Notes under the pieces: model-generated
Database searches by the model: none
The model's input: the letters and a program-made list of their open reading frames with translations, nothing else
What the model was told of the DNA's origin: nothing
Origin: Nitrospira japonica
GTDB lineage: Bacteria; Nitrospirota; Thermodesulfovibrionia; Thermodesulfovibrionales; SM23-35
Assembly: GCA_020725385.1 (NCBI GenBank)
Contig: DYFC01000062.1
Span: 1-58,394, forward strand
Direction: 5' to 3'
Length of the DNA stretch: 58,394 nt
Part shown: positions 1-9,456 of the stretch, piece after piece
Position numbering within the stretch: position 1 is the first letter of the stretch
How the letters are laid out: every line of letters starts with the position of its first letter
Program-made: the position numbers and the translations under genes

Positions 1-230
1 AAATCATCTTTAAACGTACACTAAGGTATCGAAAAATAAATTTTTTCGCAACATCTGCATTACTTCAAATGCATTTTTCGGGTTAAATAAATGCTGAAAC
101 AGGAGAGACAAAATCGCCTTTTACATTAATAAAAATTTAGAAAAGGAAAAGATAAATTCACCGTGATTGACTTTATCAATCACCACAGAATGGAATCTGC
201 CTTGAGGCAATAAACCCAATGCTTTATTCA

Positions 231-314
231 CTAATTTATCATAAGTTCTCCAGCATACTCAGCGCCTCTCAAGAAGTCAATTGCAATGTCTGTATCAACG
301 AGAACGGTTTGCAT
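231..314 (-). pseudogene. vapC: Truncated VapC/PIN toxin remnant (MQTVLVDTDIAIDFLRGAEYAGELMIN*)
   Basis: Translated by hand. ATG at 314 overlaps the end of the antitoxin ORF. It has a PIN N-terminal motif (VDTD..IDFLRG) but stops at TAG after 27 codons, and I saw no PIN-like continuation in other frames. Confidence 0.65.
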
Positions 315-531
315 AACTTCTGCTTTCCTCTTTTCTCATATCATTTACAATTTTAGTGCTTTTTTTGTCTCTTTTACCCCATTTGGCGAAACTTGCAGCA
401 GCCTTCTCAACCTTCTTTTTCCTTATGTACTCCTTTAATGCATCGGCAACAACAGAGCTAAAGTTTTCGGACAGCTTTTTCGCCTCATCAAAAATACCAT
501 CAGGTATATTTATAGAAGTCTTTACGGACAT
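295..531 (-). CDS. Type II TA antitoxin (VapB/CcdA-like ribbon-helix-helix)
   Basis: 78 aa with a KTSINIPD...S.VVADAL.EYI RHH-like pattern, directly upstream of the PIN remnant. Confidence 0.7.
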   Translation of the reverse strand: MSVKTSINIPDGIFDEAKKLSENFSSVVADALKEYIRKKKVEKAAASFAKWGKRDKKSTKIVNDMRKEESRSYANRSR

Positions 532-642
532 CTTACCTTCCTACTTTATTAATAATTATATAAATATTATTTTATAGTATACAAAAAGGTACGCACCTCA
601 TCAGATTGCTTCATCAGAAAGACAGATTCAAGATTATCAGAC

Positions 643-1233
643 TTATTCACCTACCTTACTCGATAGTGCTTCTTTCTTTTTTATTTCGCGCCACTGTTCG
701 AACATAATTGAATCAAGCTCTCCTCCCATAGCTGCATATGACGATTTTCTCCAGTAGTGGAACGAAATAATGATCCAGAAAATGCAGCATATAATTGGGA
801 GAGCTACCACATGATAGAGATTTTTTACCGAAAGGATAAATGATATAGCAATACACAGAAAGCCTTCTAATAGAAGAGTTCCTATAATGCCTTCGCTGTA
901 ATTAGGCCAACTTATCTTGTTCTTTTTCTGAAGTTCTTTGCGGAATGAATAAAGCCTGTTCTCATATTGAAAACCGGTATCTGCAAAAGCCCTCAGGTAA
1001 GCTGCGATACGTGCAATATTAAATCTACGATTCAAGATTACAGTCATCACTGGCAGTAAAAGGATTAAGGGGAGCACTGTAATTATAACCCCTGCATTCC
1101 CACCTATAGTAACACCAAGTGCTATGAGACCTGCCGGTGCCGTTACAGCAAACTTCATCAAACCGTCGATCTGCTTCACATGCTCTACAATCTCGGAACG
1201 CAGGCACGAATATTCATCAGGGCTAATTGACAT
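643..1233 (-). CDS. Hypothetical membrane protein (about 4 TM segments)
   Basis: ORF track 643..1248. ATG at 1233 follows a GGGGGAG RBS. Two pairs of hydrophobic helices. Confidence 0.6.
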   Translation of the reverse strand: MSISPDEYSCLRSEIVEHVKQIDGLMKFAVTAPAGLIALGVTIGGNAGVIITVLPLILLLPVMTVILNRRFNIARIAAYLRAFADTGFQYENRLYSFRKELQKKNKISWPNYSEGIIGTLLLEGFLCIAISFILSVKNLYHVVALPIICCIFWIIISFHYWRKSSYAAMGGELDSIMFEQWREIKKKEALSSKVGE

Positions 1234-1261
1234 AAACCGCTCCCCCACCGTCTTTCATTGT

Positions 1262-2323
1262 TTAGGCTTTAATTATATCCATTATTTTATCTTTCTGTTC
1301 TCTCATTAGAAATGTACCATTATCGAGTACTGAATATTTATGATAAATAATATTTTTGTGTTTATATTCGAGAAGTTGATCGTAGTCCTGGGATTCTAAA
1401 AGCCTGATGAGGTTTTTGTCCATCCCGAAAATCAACATTGAATTGTCTTCCAGGGTTGCCTTTAATCCATTCTGAAGATCTGGCGCAAAAAAGGACTGAA
1501 AGGAAAGATTATCAACCGTAATTTGAAGAGTTTTACCTATTTTAAAGATATTTTTATACTCAAGCGATTTCCCCTTGAATCGATCAGTGTCGTTTTCAAC
1601 TAAGCCTATCGCATATAACCTATCATTAAGTTTTTCAGACAATCTATAAAAGCCTGCTAAGCGAGCCCCTTTTGAATAATGGTTTAGTAAAGAAATTATC
1701 ATATAGTGCTTGTCTATTTTGCTTGGTTCTTCTTCGGGATCAATTACGAATAATTGAGAAGGCGTATTGTCTCTTGGAATATGGCTGATGATGCCATATT
1801 TCACACAATGAGTGTAATTACTTTTCTGAGATAAGATTTCCTTTTTTGCCCCTTCTATGTCATATTTTCTTCCTTTGGATTCAAAAATGATTCTCGAATT
1901 GTTTTTAAGTATTTCATAGTCACACCTCTTCATCGAACCAGCTTCAGGGAGTTTATTAATCGCATTTAATTTGACATCAAGCAACCTATGCATTAAGCCT
2001 ACAGAAAATCCGACACCTATTACCTCAGAAGTGATTCTCTGCAATTCAGACTCTTCAGTTCCTGAAAAAATAAAGCTGTCTGATGAGCCATGTATTATCG
2101 CAGGCTCAATTGTATCCAATGTATATTTAAACCTACGAGATAAGGAATTATGGAATTTACTCTGATAGTGAATTGAGGCGTAATGAATAAGACTTATTTC
2201 ATTTAGAAAAAAACCTTGGGTCCGAACCTGATTATATGCATTTTGATTGAAGTGCGAGATGTCAACGTCATGGCCAAAATTAACTTTGATCCTTTTTAGT
2301 TGCCCACTTAAGTTATAGACCAC
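1262..2323 (-). CDS. Hypothetical protein, possible PD-(D/E)XK nuclease fold
   Basis: 353 aa ORF abutting livF, containing E..G...RCDYEI...IIFESKG (D-x(n)-E-x-K pattern). Confidence 0.5.
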   Translation of the reverse strand: MVYNLSGQLKRIKVNFGHDVDISHFNQNAYNQVRTQGFFLNEISLIHYASIHYQSKFHNSLSRRFKYTLDTIEPAIIHGSSDSFIFSGTEESELQRITSEVIGVGFSVGLMHRLLDVKLNAINKLPEAGSMKRCDYEILKNNSRIIFESKGRKYDIEGAKKEILSQKSNYTHCVKYGIISHIPRDNTPSQLFVIDPEEEPSKIDKHYMIISLLNHYSKGARLAGFYRLSEKLNDRLYAIGLVENDTDRFKGKSLEYKNIFKIGKTLQITVDNLSFQSFFAPDLQNGLKATLEDNSMLIFGMDKNLIRLLESQDYDQLLEYKHKNIIYHKYSVLDNGTFLMREQKDKIMDIIKA

Positions 2324-2324
2324 A

Positions 2325-3026
2325 TCAGCCTCCCAGAAATGCCCTTTTCACCTCTTCACTCTTCAGAAGGTTTTCTCCTGTGTCTTCCATAAATATGCTA
2401 CCTATCTTGAAAACATAGCCCCTGTGGGCAATCTCAAGGGCCATTCGAGCATTCTGCTCGACGAGGAGTACGCTTGTACCAGATTTATTAATCTCTATCA
2501 GCTTGTCAAAGATTATGTCGACATATGATGGAGAAAGGCCCAATGAAGGCTCATCGGCAAGAATAAGTTTTGGTTTCTGCATTAAAGCCCTTCCTAAGGC
2601 AACTAACTGCTGCTCGCCCGTCGAAAGCGATCCAGCCTTATGATTTTTTTTGTCCTTCAACAAAGGGAATAGATTAAGGACTTTCTCCATTTCTTCCTTA
2701 GCCGAACTATTCTTTTGTTGAAAAGCTCCTATCTCAAGGTTCTCGATAACCGTCATGGATGGGAAAAGGTGCCTGCCTTCAGGAACAAGCGAAATCCCTT
2801 CACTGACATGTTCGTCAGGTCTTAAGGACTTAATACTTTTATTATTGAAAAGCATGTCACCGGATCTAATATCCACCATTCCAAATACTGCCTTTAGCGC
2901 AGTAGATTTGCCTGCACCATTCGGCCCAATCATAGCCACAATCTCACCGGCATTGACTGAGAATGATACATCTTCGATGGCCTTCACAGACCCGTAATAG
3001 ACACTTATGCTCTTTGCCTCAAGCAA
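2325..3026 (-). CDS. livF: Branched-chain amino acid-type ABC transporter ATPase
   Basis: GPNGAGKS Walker A, VPEGR.LF, LSTGEQQ, DEPSLGL, VEQNA. TTG start at 3026 follows AAGGAG and overlaps the livG stop. Confidence 0.9.
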   Translation of the reverse strand: MLEAKSISVYYGSVKAIEDVSFSVNAGEIVAMIGPNGAGKSTALKAVFGMVDIRSGDMLFNNKSIKSLRPDEHVSEGISLVPEGRHLFPSMTVIENLEIGAFQQKNSSAKEEMEKVLNLFPLLKDKKNHKAGSLSTGEQQLVALGRALMQKPKLILADEPSLGLSPSYVDIIFDKLIEINKSGTSVLLVEQNARMALEIAHRGYVFKIGSIFMEDTGENLLKSEEVKRAFLGG

Positions 3027-3789
3027 TCTTTCTCCTTTTTCCCATATACGCATCAAGCACAGCCTCATTATTTTGTATCTCTGCGGGTGTGCCTTCAGCT
3101 ATCTTCTTACCATGGTTCAAAACGATGATACTGTCCGAGATATCCATTACAATTTTCATGTTATGTTCTATGAATAGGATAGTCTTACCTTTGTTCTTGA
3201 GCCCTTTAATGATTTCAAGTAGTTTCGGGACTGTGTTAGGAAATACCCCTGCTGTTGGTTCATCAAAGAGGTAGAATTCTGAATCTGTTCCGAGTGTTCT
3301 TGCAAATTCGAGCAGCCTTCTCTGGCCATGTGAAAGACTTTCAGCAAGTTCATCTCTCTTGCCCTCCAGGCCAACTATTTTAAGTAGTTCCATTGCCTTT
3401 TCAGTGTATTCCTTCTCAGCTTCCTGCATAGCTCTGGTTCTGAAGAGAGCATCCCAAAGAGTTTCCCCTCTTTCATATTTAATTCCGAGGAGAATATTTT
3501 CAAGAACAGTCATCTGCGGGAATAACCTGATATTCTGAAATGTTCTACCGATTCCAAGGTAAAAGATTTGATGTGGTGAAAGGCGGGTAATATCTTTGCC
3601 GTTGAAAATGATTTTTCCTGTGTTGAGCCTGTAGAAACCTGTAATAAGATTGAACGTGACAGTTTTCCCGGAACCATTCGGACCTATAAGCGCTGTTACT
3701 GTTCCTTTTTTTACAGCAAATGAAAGATCATCAACGGCTTTCACACCATCAAAGCTCTTTGATATATTTTGTACTTGAAGTATTTCCAT
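3019..3789 (-). CDS. livG: Branched-chain amino acid-type ABC transporter ATPase
   Basis: [36 protein letters not shown]. Confidence 0.9.
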   Translation of the reverse strand: MEILQVQNISKSFDGVKAVDDLSFAVKKGTVTALIGPNGSGKTVTFNLITGFYRLNTGKIIFNGKDITRLSPHQIFYLGIGRTFQNIRLFPQMTVLENILLGIKYERGETLWDALFRTRAMQEAEKEYTEKAMELLKIVGLEGKRDELAESLSHGQRRLLEFARTLGTDSEFYLFDEPTAGVFPNTVPKLLEIIKGLKNKGKTILFIEHNMKIVMDISDSIIVLNHGKKIAEGTPAEIQNNEAVLDAYMGKRRKIA

Positions 3790-4659
3790 CTACTTAAACC
3801 TATATTCTCCAATGATCCCTTGCGGTCTCTTAAGCATTAATACAATCAGTAGAAGACCATATATCATCTGCCTGAGAGGTGCTGCAATAGAGCTCGGCAT
3901 ACCGAGAAAGCGCAACATTTCCGGGAAGATAACAAGAACCAGTGCACCGATAAAAGAACCCTTGATGCTACCCATACCGCCGAAAACGACCATGAGAAGG
4001 ACTGCTATCGATTCCATAACTGTAAAGCTGGAAGGATCAATAAATGTTATATAATGCGCATATAGGCTTCCTGCAATGCCGGCAAAGAAGGCGCCAATCA
4101 CAAAGACAACAAGCTTATATTTATTGACGTTTGTTCCGATGGAAAGACTTGCAATCTCATCATCCCGGATACTCCTGAGAATCCTTCCAAAAGGAGAATG
4201 CGCAATACGATTGATAGCAACTCCTGTCAAACCAACAAAAAATATTACAAGGATGAGATATGCCCAGACTGGTTGAAGCTCGAAACCGAGAAAACTAAAT
4301 TTAGGGATGCCGGGTAACCCCATCGGCCCTCTTGTGAGATCAACCCAGTTCTTTGATACCGAATAGACAATGACACCGAAACCAAAAGTAGCGAGAGCCA
4401 GATAATCCCCTTTGAGTCTGATTGAAGGGAACCCAACAACAACGCCAAGCAAAGAGGCAAAACAGGCGCCGATTACAAGACCTATCCAGGGTGATATTCC
4501 ATAATTAAGAGCAAGAAGGCTTGAGGTATATGCACCAACACATGCAAAAGCGATATGCCCAAGAGCAGGAATACCCGTGTACCCGAGGATAAGATTAAGG
4601 CTAAGTGTCAAAATGATATATATGCCCGAAATAATCAATATGTGTAAGAGATATTCCAT
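3790..4659 (-). CDS. livM: Branched-chain amino acid-type ABC permease
   Basis: LNLILGYTG..LGH.AF, RLKGDYLALATFGF, LTRGPMG, FGGMGS motifs. Confidence 0.9.
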   Translation of the reverse strand: MEYLLHILIISGIYIILTLSLNLILGYTGIPALGHIAFACVGAYTSSLLALNYGISPWIGLVIGACFASLLGVVVGFPSIRLKGDYLALATFGFGVIVYSVSKNWVDLTRGPMGLPGIPKFSFLGFELQPVWAYLILVIFFVGLTGVAINRIAHSPFGRILRSIRDDEIASLSIGTNVNKYKLVVFVIGAFFAGIAGSLYAHYITFIDPSSFTVMESIAVLLMVVFGGMGSIKGSFIGALVLVIFPEMLRFLGMPSSIAAPLRQMIYGLLLIVLMLKRPQGIIGEYRFK

Positions 4660-5536
4660 TACAGTTTTTCCCTATCTTCTCTCTTGCCTAATATTCCTTG
4701 TGGTCTTATCAAAAGAAATACAATAAGAACAGCGAAGGCTATTGTGTCTTTCCATCCGGCTTGAATCTTCCATATTCCAATATTTTCTACAAGGCCAAGA
4801 AAAAGCCCTCCTAATACTGCTCCAGGAATGCTTCCGGCACCTCCAATAATTGAGGCAATAATACCTTTGAGTATTGCATTCATGCCCATTGTTGGCTCTA
4901 TGTTCGTTTCAAGAGAAATTAGAACGCCTGCCATTCCTGCAAGGGCAGAGCCGATACCGAAGGCATAAAGGATGACCTTTTCGGAATAGATACCTGACAC
5001 ACCCGCCCCTATAGGGTCATCTGCTACCGCCCTTATCGCCTTTCCAATCTTCGTCTTATCTACAATAAGCCAGAGTACTGCGAAAAGAATTATTGAAACA
5101 GAAAGAATAAGTATTTGTATCGGTGTAATCACTGCTGAAAATATCTGATAACCTTCCACCACTGGGCCGGTTCTTAGAGATAATATCTGTGCACCATAGA
5201 GAAGTTGGAGGAGGTTTTGAATGAAAATAAACACCCCGAAAGAAGCAATCAGGAAGACAAGATTAGGAGACTTTTGTTTTCTCAGGGGCAAGTATACGAT
5301 TCTATCGATGGTTATGCCGAGGAAAGCTGAAAGGATCGAGGCAAAAAAAAAGAGAGGACAGCATTTAGGCCTAATGATATAGAGAGACTATAGGCAAAAT
5401 AAGCCCCTGCTGTATAGACAACGCCGTGAGCGAAATGAAAAAAGCGGACTGTCTTATAAATTATTGAAAAACCAAGAGCAAGCAAGGCGTAAATGCTGCC
5501 TGAAATAATACCGTTTACAAGAAGTTGTTCAGACAT
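4659..5536 (-). pseudogene. livH: LivH-type ABC permease split by a frameshift at a T9 tract (5343-5351)
   Basis: The N-part (NGIISGSIYALLALGFSIIY...HFAHG) and C-part (GKAIRAVADD, GGAGSIPGA) are in different frames. One extra T gives a continuous ...LSFFFASILSAFLGITIDRIVYLPLRK. Confidence 0.8.
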
Positions 5537-6158
5537 CTATTTCCCCTTCTATCCGTTTATGTATTCCTACTTTACCGATACGTTTTCCTATAGACCAATA
5601 TTCGTTTCCACAAAGGGTTAAAGGGTTCACTTTATTAACACAGATTTGCTTACCGTTTTTAACCTTACCATTAACATGGCTCGCTAATACTTTACCAATT
5701 ATAAAATCATGACTTCCAGCTTCAATTATCAAGGTTACTTTGCACTCGTAATTAACAGGACAGTTTTTAATTAAAGGAGCTTTTACATACTTGCCTCTTT
5801 TCACCGTCAACTTGCAGTCTTTAAACTTATTTCTTTTTTCCCCCGAAATGAGTCCACAGTAGTCAACAATGTGAATCATTTCTTTGGTCGGTATATTGAT
5901 AACAAACTCGCCACTTTTGGAGATCATTTGATGGCTTAGGCGAGTCTTCCTAAGACCGATACCAATTTGATAGGGTTTAGAAGAAACAACGCCGATCCAA
6001 GAGACAGTGCAGACATTAACATGATTCTCCTTGTCTGATGAGGATATCATCACTACAGGCAAAGGGAAAAGGCAAGTAGATGGAATTGACAACGCTCCGT
6101 TTTGCACAACAATCCTGTTTTTTCTTAATCCTTCTTTATTAGGTTCAATTCTTCTCAT
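5529..6158 (-). CDS. Flavin reductase family protein (DIM6/NTAB-like)
   Basis: P.PVVMISS, GEFVINIP, APLIKNCPVNYECKV, GSHDFIIGKV. Confidence 0.85.
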   Translation of the reverse strand: MRRIEPNKEGLRKNRIVVQNGALSIPSTCLFPLPVVMISSSDKENHVNVCTVSWIGVVSSKPYQIGIGLRKTRLSHQMISKSGEFVINIPTKEMIHIVDYCGLISGEKRNKFKDCKLTVKRGKYVKAPLIKNCPVNYECKVTLIIEAGSHDFIIGKVLASHVNGKVKNGKQICVNKVNPLTLCGNEYWSIGKRIGKVGIHKRIEGEIDV

Positions 6159-7954
6159 CTCCCCAGAAATAAATTCAAATTCTTTTCATTTAACAATTCA
6201 TGGCACTTAAACATTAAAGGTATATCTTTATCATTCACTTTATGTTTCTCATTAGTCAGACCCCAAAGCGTTTTTAAACATTCATTTATAAAGTTAATAC
6301 CTCTTTCTTCTCTTGTAACATAGGCTTTTACAATTTTGTTATCTGGGTTTTCTGTGAAATAAAATGCGATAGCATTGGAAAATTTATTTTCCCGATAAAA
6401 AAGAGCTATATTCCCTAACATTATATTATTTTCAAGGTCCTTTGAGTTACTTTCTCGTCCTACTAATTGTGCGGACATTGCTTTAAAATATATGTCATTA
6501 ATCCATTTCTGATAAGTAATATATATAGGGAATTGGAATTTTATCATTTCGGATAGAAATTCTTTAAACTCTTCTTGACATACTTTATATTTTTGGAGTT
6601 TTTTATACTCCTTATCAGTCAATATAATAACTCTCTCAACACATCCTTTCTTACACTGATGTTTTTCCATATGTGCGTTGAGTATCTGTTTGCAAGAAGA
6701 ATCCTGTGTCCATACCATATAGTTCCCATGATGAACCGCTTTGAACATGTCTGAATCAGGTTTAAATATTTTAAAAATGCTATCATAAAAGAAGGAAAAC
6801 ATGTGATCTGGCATAATACTTGTCTTTTTCTTGTCAGCTATTAAATCTTTTGTTGATTGATAAACTAGGTCTAACGCATTAATTCTATATCTGAAAAGCA
6901 TGTTTTTCACCAAAATATTATCACACGAAAGTCTACTTTGGGGGAGTTCAAAAACATGAATCGTCCCTTTAGAGTCTTTTATATTCCCGCATATAGGTAA
7001 ATAAAATACATAGCAACTTTCAGTCATGGGCAAAATATGATCCTCAGCAGTGATCTCAAATGTAATTATCTCGACCTCTGAACAATTATCTGCATCATCT
7101 GAAATGGAAATATTTATAAGATGAAATCGAGGTGTTCCATCCCCATCTGCGGATATCCGCCCAGCACCTACAGTATAAAGAGGCCAATCATCAGATTTTA
7201 ACGTCCTTGCTACAGCAATATGTTGTGTCTCATGTCCATCCCCATGAAGTATCATGCCAACGCCGGCTGCAGATAAGCAATCAAACAAATCATCAGAGTT
7301 TTTAATAACCTTGGCCTTATTAGACTTTGCTGTAGCAGGACGGACGTTAAGAGGGGGATTATGTGTTAATGCGATGTTTAGGCTTAGACGTTTTCTTAAA
7401 TCCGTGCTCATATTCTTAATTCTTTCAATTACCTTCTTATCTACAGAAATGAGTTTTTGCTTTTTACGGAAATATCTGACAGAATTTAAAAGAAATAAAC
7501 TAATTGAAACATTATCCTTTATTAATTCATAAACACCGTCAGTTTTAATGTCGTCTGTTGAGTCAACAAAGCTTTTGAAGTTTTCATTATTCCAATCTAA
7601 TTTATTACTTATTGGACTATTTTTTCTGAATTTATTTACAAAAGAGAAAAAGGCTTTAAATCTCTCTTGAATATGTTCTTTGTCCCACTTAACATCATGA
7701 TTCCCTGGGACAAATAAAAAATTTATTGAGTTCAATTCTAAGGTGTTTGCAAACTTTACCAAAGGCTTTTTCAATTGGTTTATATTTACGGAGTTGCCAG
7801 CTTTAATCAAGTCACCTGTAATAAGAACAATGTCTGGGTTCATTGTAAAACTTTTTAAGGCTAATGCAATGTTTTGAAGTCTTTTATTAATACGTGAGTT
7901 TATATCCTTGAAATGGAGATCTGATAGATGGAGCAGACTTAATTTACTTTTCAT
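6155..7954 (-). CDS. Calcineurin-like metallophosphoesterase fused to an unknown C-terminal domain
   Basis: LHLSDLH, LITGDL, VPGNHD, LTHNP and LHGDGH motifs in the first ~300 aa. I do not recognise the C-terminal ~280 aa. Confidence 0.8.
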   Translation of the reverse strand: MKSKLSLLHLSDLHFKDINSRINKRLQNIALALKSFTMNPDIVLITGDLIKAGNSVNINQLKKPLVKFANTLELNSINFLFVPGNHDVKWDKEHIQERFKAFFSFVNKFRKNSPISNKLDWNNENFKSFVDSTDDIKTDGVYELIKDNVSISLFLLNSVRYFRKKQKLISVDKKVIERIKNMSTDLRKRLSLNIALTHNPPLNVRPATAKSNKAKVIKNSDDLFDCLSAAGVGMILHGDGHETQHIAVARTLKSDDWPLYTVGAGRISADGDGTPRFHLINISISDDADNCSEVEIITFEITAEDHILPMTESCYVFYLPICGNIKDSKGTIHVFELPQSRLSCDNILVKNMLFRYRINALDLVYQSTKDLIADKKKTSIMPDHMFSFFYDSIFKIFKPDSDMFKAVHHGNYMVWTQDSSCKQILNAHMEKHQCKKGCVERVIILTDKEYKKLQKYKVCQEEFKEFLSEMIKFQFPIYITYQKWINDIYFKAMSAQLVGRESNSKDLENNIMLGNIALFYRENKFSNAIAFYFTENPDNKIVKAYVTREERGINFINECLKTLWGLTNEKHKVNDKDIPLMFKCHELLNEKNLNLFLGR

Positions 7955-7967
7955 TTCTCATGACCCA

Positions 7968-9446
7968 TCAAAACATATTTTCAATAGTTTCCAAATCAAC
8001 CCCTATGTCAATCTCGTCCCCATTATTAAAATCTTCTAATAATTGTGCTGATAATTCTAAACCTTTTTGCAAAGTGTCGTGTAAGTTTAATGGGGAGAGT
8101 TCATTTGTACGCACGACTGGCTTCAAAGCATAGTGATACAAGCTATAATCATGATGCAAAATTTCGATCCCAAATTGTTGCGGATTATCATAAATGATAG
8201 TTCCTGGATATGGTATATATTGTTTATATTCCCACGTATCAACTAACCCCTTCTCAGCCCAATCAAGCATTGTTCTTTGAGTTGATTCTGAGGTTTCTCT
8301 GGTCTCTCCAGGTAACCCCAACATCCAATAGGCATGAGTATATAATCCAAGAGCTTTAGCAATTTTAAAGCAGTTTTTTGCACTCTCAATAGTAATGTTT
8401 TTGTTAACCCGATCAAGTATTGATTGCACAGCGGATTCAACGCCAAACTCTATTCCTATACAACCATTCTTAATAATAATTTCAAGAAGGCTATTTTTAA
8501 TCTGTGGTTTAGCACGACATTGTGCAGTCCATAAAATATCTGGATGAGTACTATGAATTATCTGAGCAATTTCTATAGCACGGTTTTCATTACAGAGAAA
8601 GTCTTCACATCCAAGATAAAGATATCGAGTTCCGTACTTAGAGTAAAGGATATCAACCTCTTCTGCAATTCTATCTAAAGTCACATATGAAATAACTTTT
8701 TTCCAAGGATCAGCACAAAAATAGCAACTATTTGGGCAGCCTCTGTTAGGAAATATTCTTGCAGCGGGTAAATGTTTAATTCTTGCAATATCATAAGATG
8801 GGATGGGAAAATCCACTGTCGTTGTCCTTTTTCTTTCATTCCCATGAATAAATTTCCCATTTAATCTAGCAGCTATACCTTGGATATTATCGATAGGTTT
8901 TTTCTTATCTAGAAATTGAGCAATTTCAAGAACAGTTTTCTCACCTTCACCTACTCCAATAAAATCAAAAGGCTTAAAATGATCAGTAAATGAGAAATTA
9001 TTACAGCTATAACTTTTTAAATATCCATTTGCATGGGGTCCGCCCAATCCAATAATGAGTTCTGGCTTTTTCTGTTTAAGTTCAGTAGCAATAAATTTCG
9101 CAATGTGATAATTACAAGTAATGGAATACATACAAACCATGTCTATTTTATGGAGATCAGAGCTTATCTTATTTAAAATTGTAGAAACACTATCCGAAAC
9201 TGGTTGGTAAGGGTTATTTCCAAAGGCATAATATGAGACTTCAAATCCATGCATTCTCAAATAACTTGCAATATAAAGGAGTCCCTGGTTAATCTTTTCT
9301 ATTTCCCAAAAATGTTTAAAATCTTCGGTTGTAAGGTGTTGGAAATAAGTTCGGGCACATCTTTGAAAAAATGCATTTGAATATCGTCTTTCGGCATCGG
9401 ATAGAGGAAACTTTGGAACTGGAACATATACGAGTGCTATTTTCAT
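7968..9446 (-). CDS. B12-binding radical SAM protein (class B methyltransferase-like)
   Basis: GLLYIASYL, GGPHA and GEGE in the cobalamin domain; RGCPNSCYFC (CxxxCxxC); GVESA, GLPGET, PYPGT. Confidence 0.9.
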   Translation of the reverse strand: MKIALVYVPVPKFPLSDAERRYSNAFFQRCARTYFQHLTTEDFKHFWEIEKINQGLLYIASYLRMHGFEVSYYAFGNNPYQPVSDSVSTILNKISSDLHKIDMVCMYSITCNYHIAKFIATELKQKKPELIIGLGGPHANGYLKSYSCNNFSFTDHFKPFDFIGVGEGEKTVLEIAQFLDKKKPIDNIQGIAARLNGKFIHGNERKRTTTVDFPIPSYDIARIKHLPAARIFPNRGCPNSCYFCADPWKKVISYVTLDRIAEEVDILYSKYGTRYLYLGCEDFLCNENRAIEIAQIIHSTHPDILWTAQCRAKPQIKNSLLEIIIKNGCIGIEFGVESAVQSILDRVNKNITIESAKNCFKIAKALGLYTHAYWMLGLPGETRETSESTQRTMLDWAEKGLVDTWEYKQYIPYPGTIIYDNPQQFGIEILHHDYSLYHYALKPVVRTNELSPLNLHDTLQKGLELSAQLLEDFNNGDEIDIGVDLETIENMF

Positions 9447-9456
9447 ATCAGTTTTT

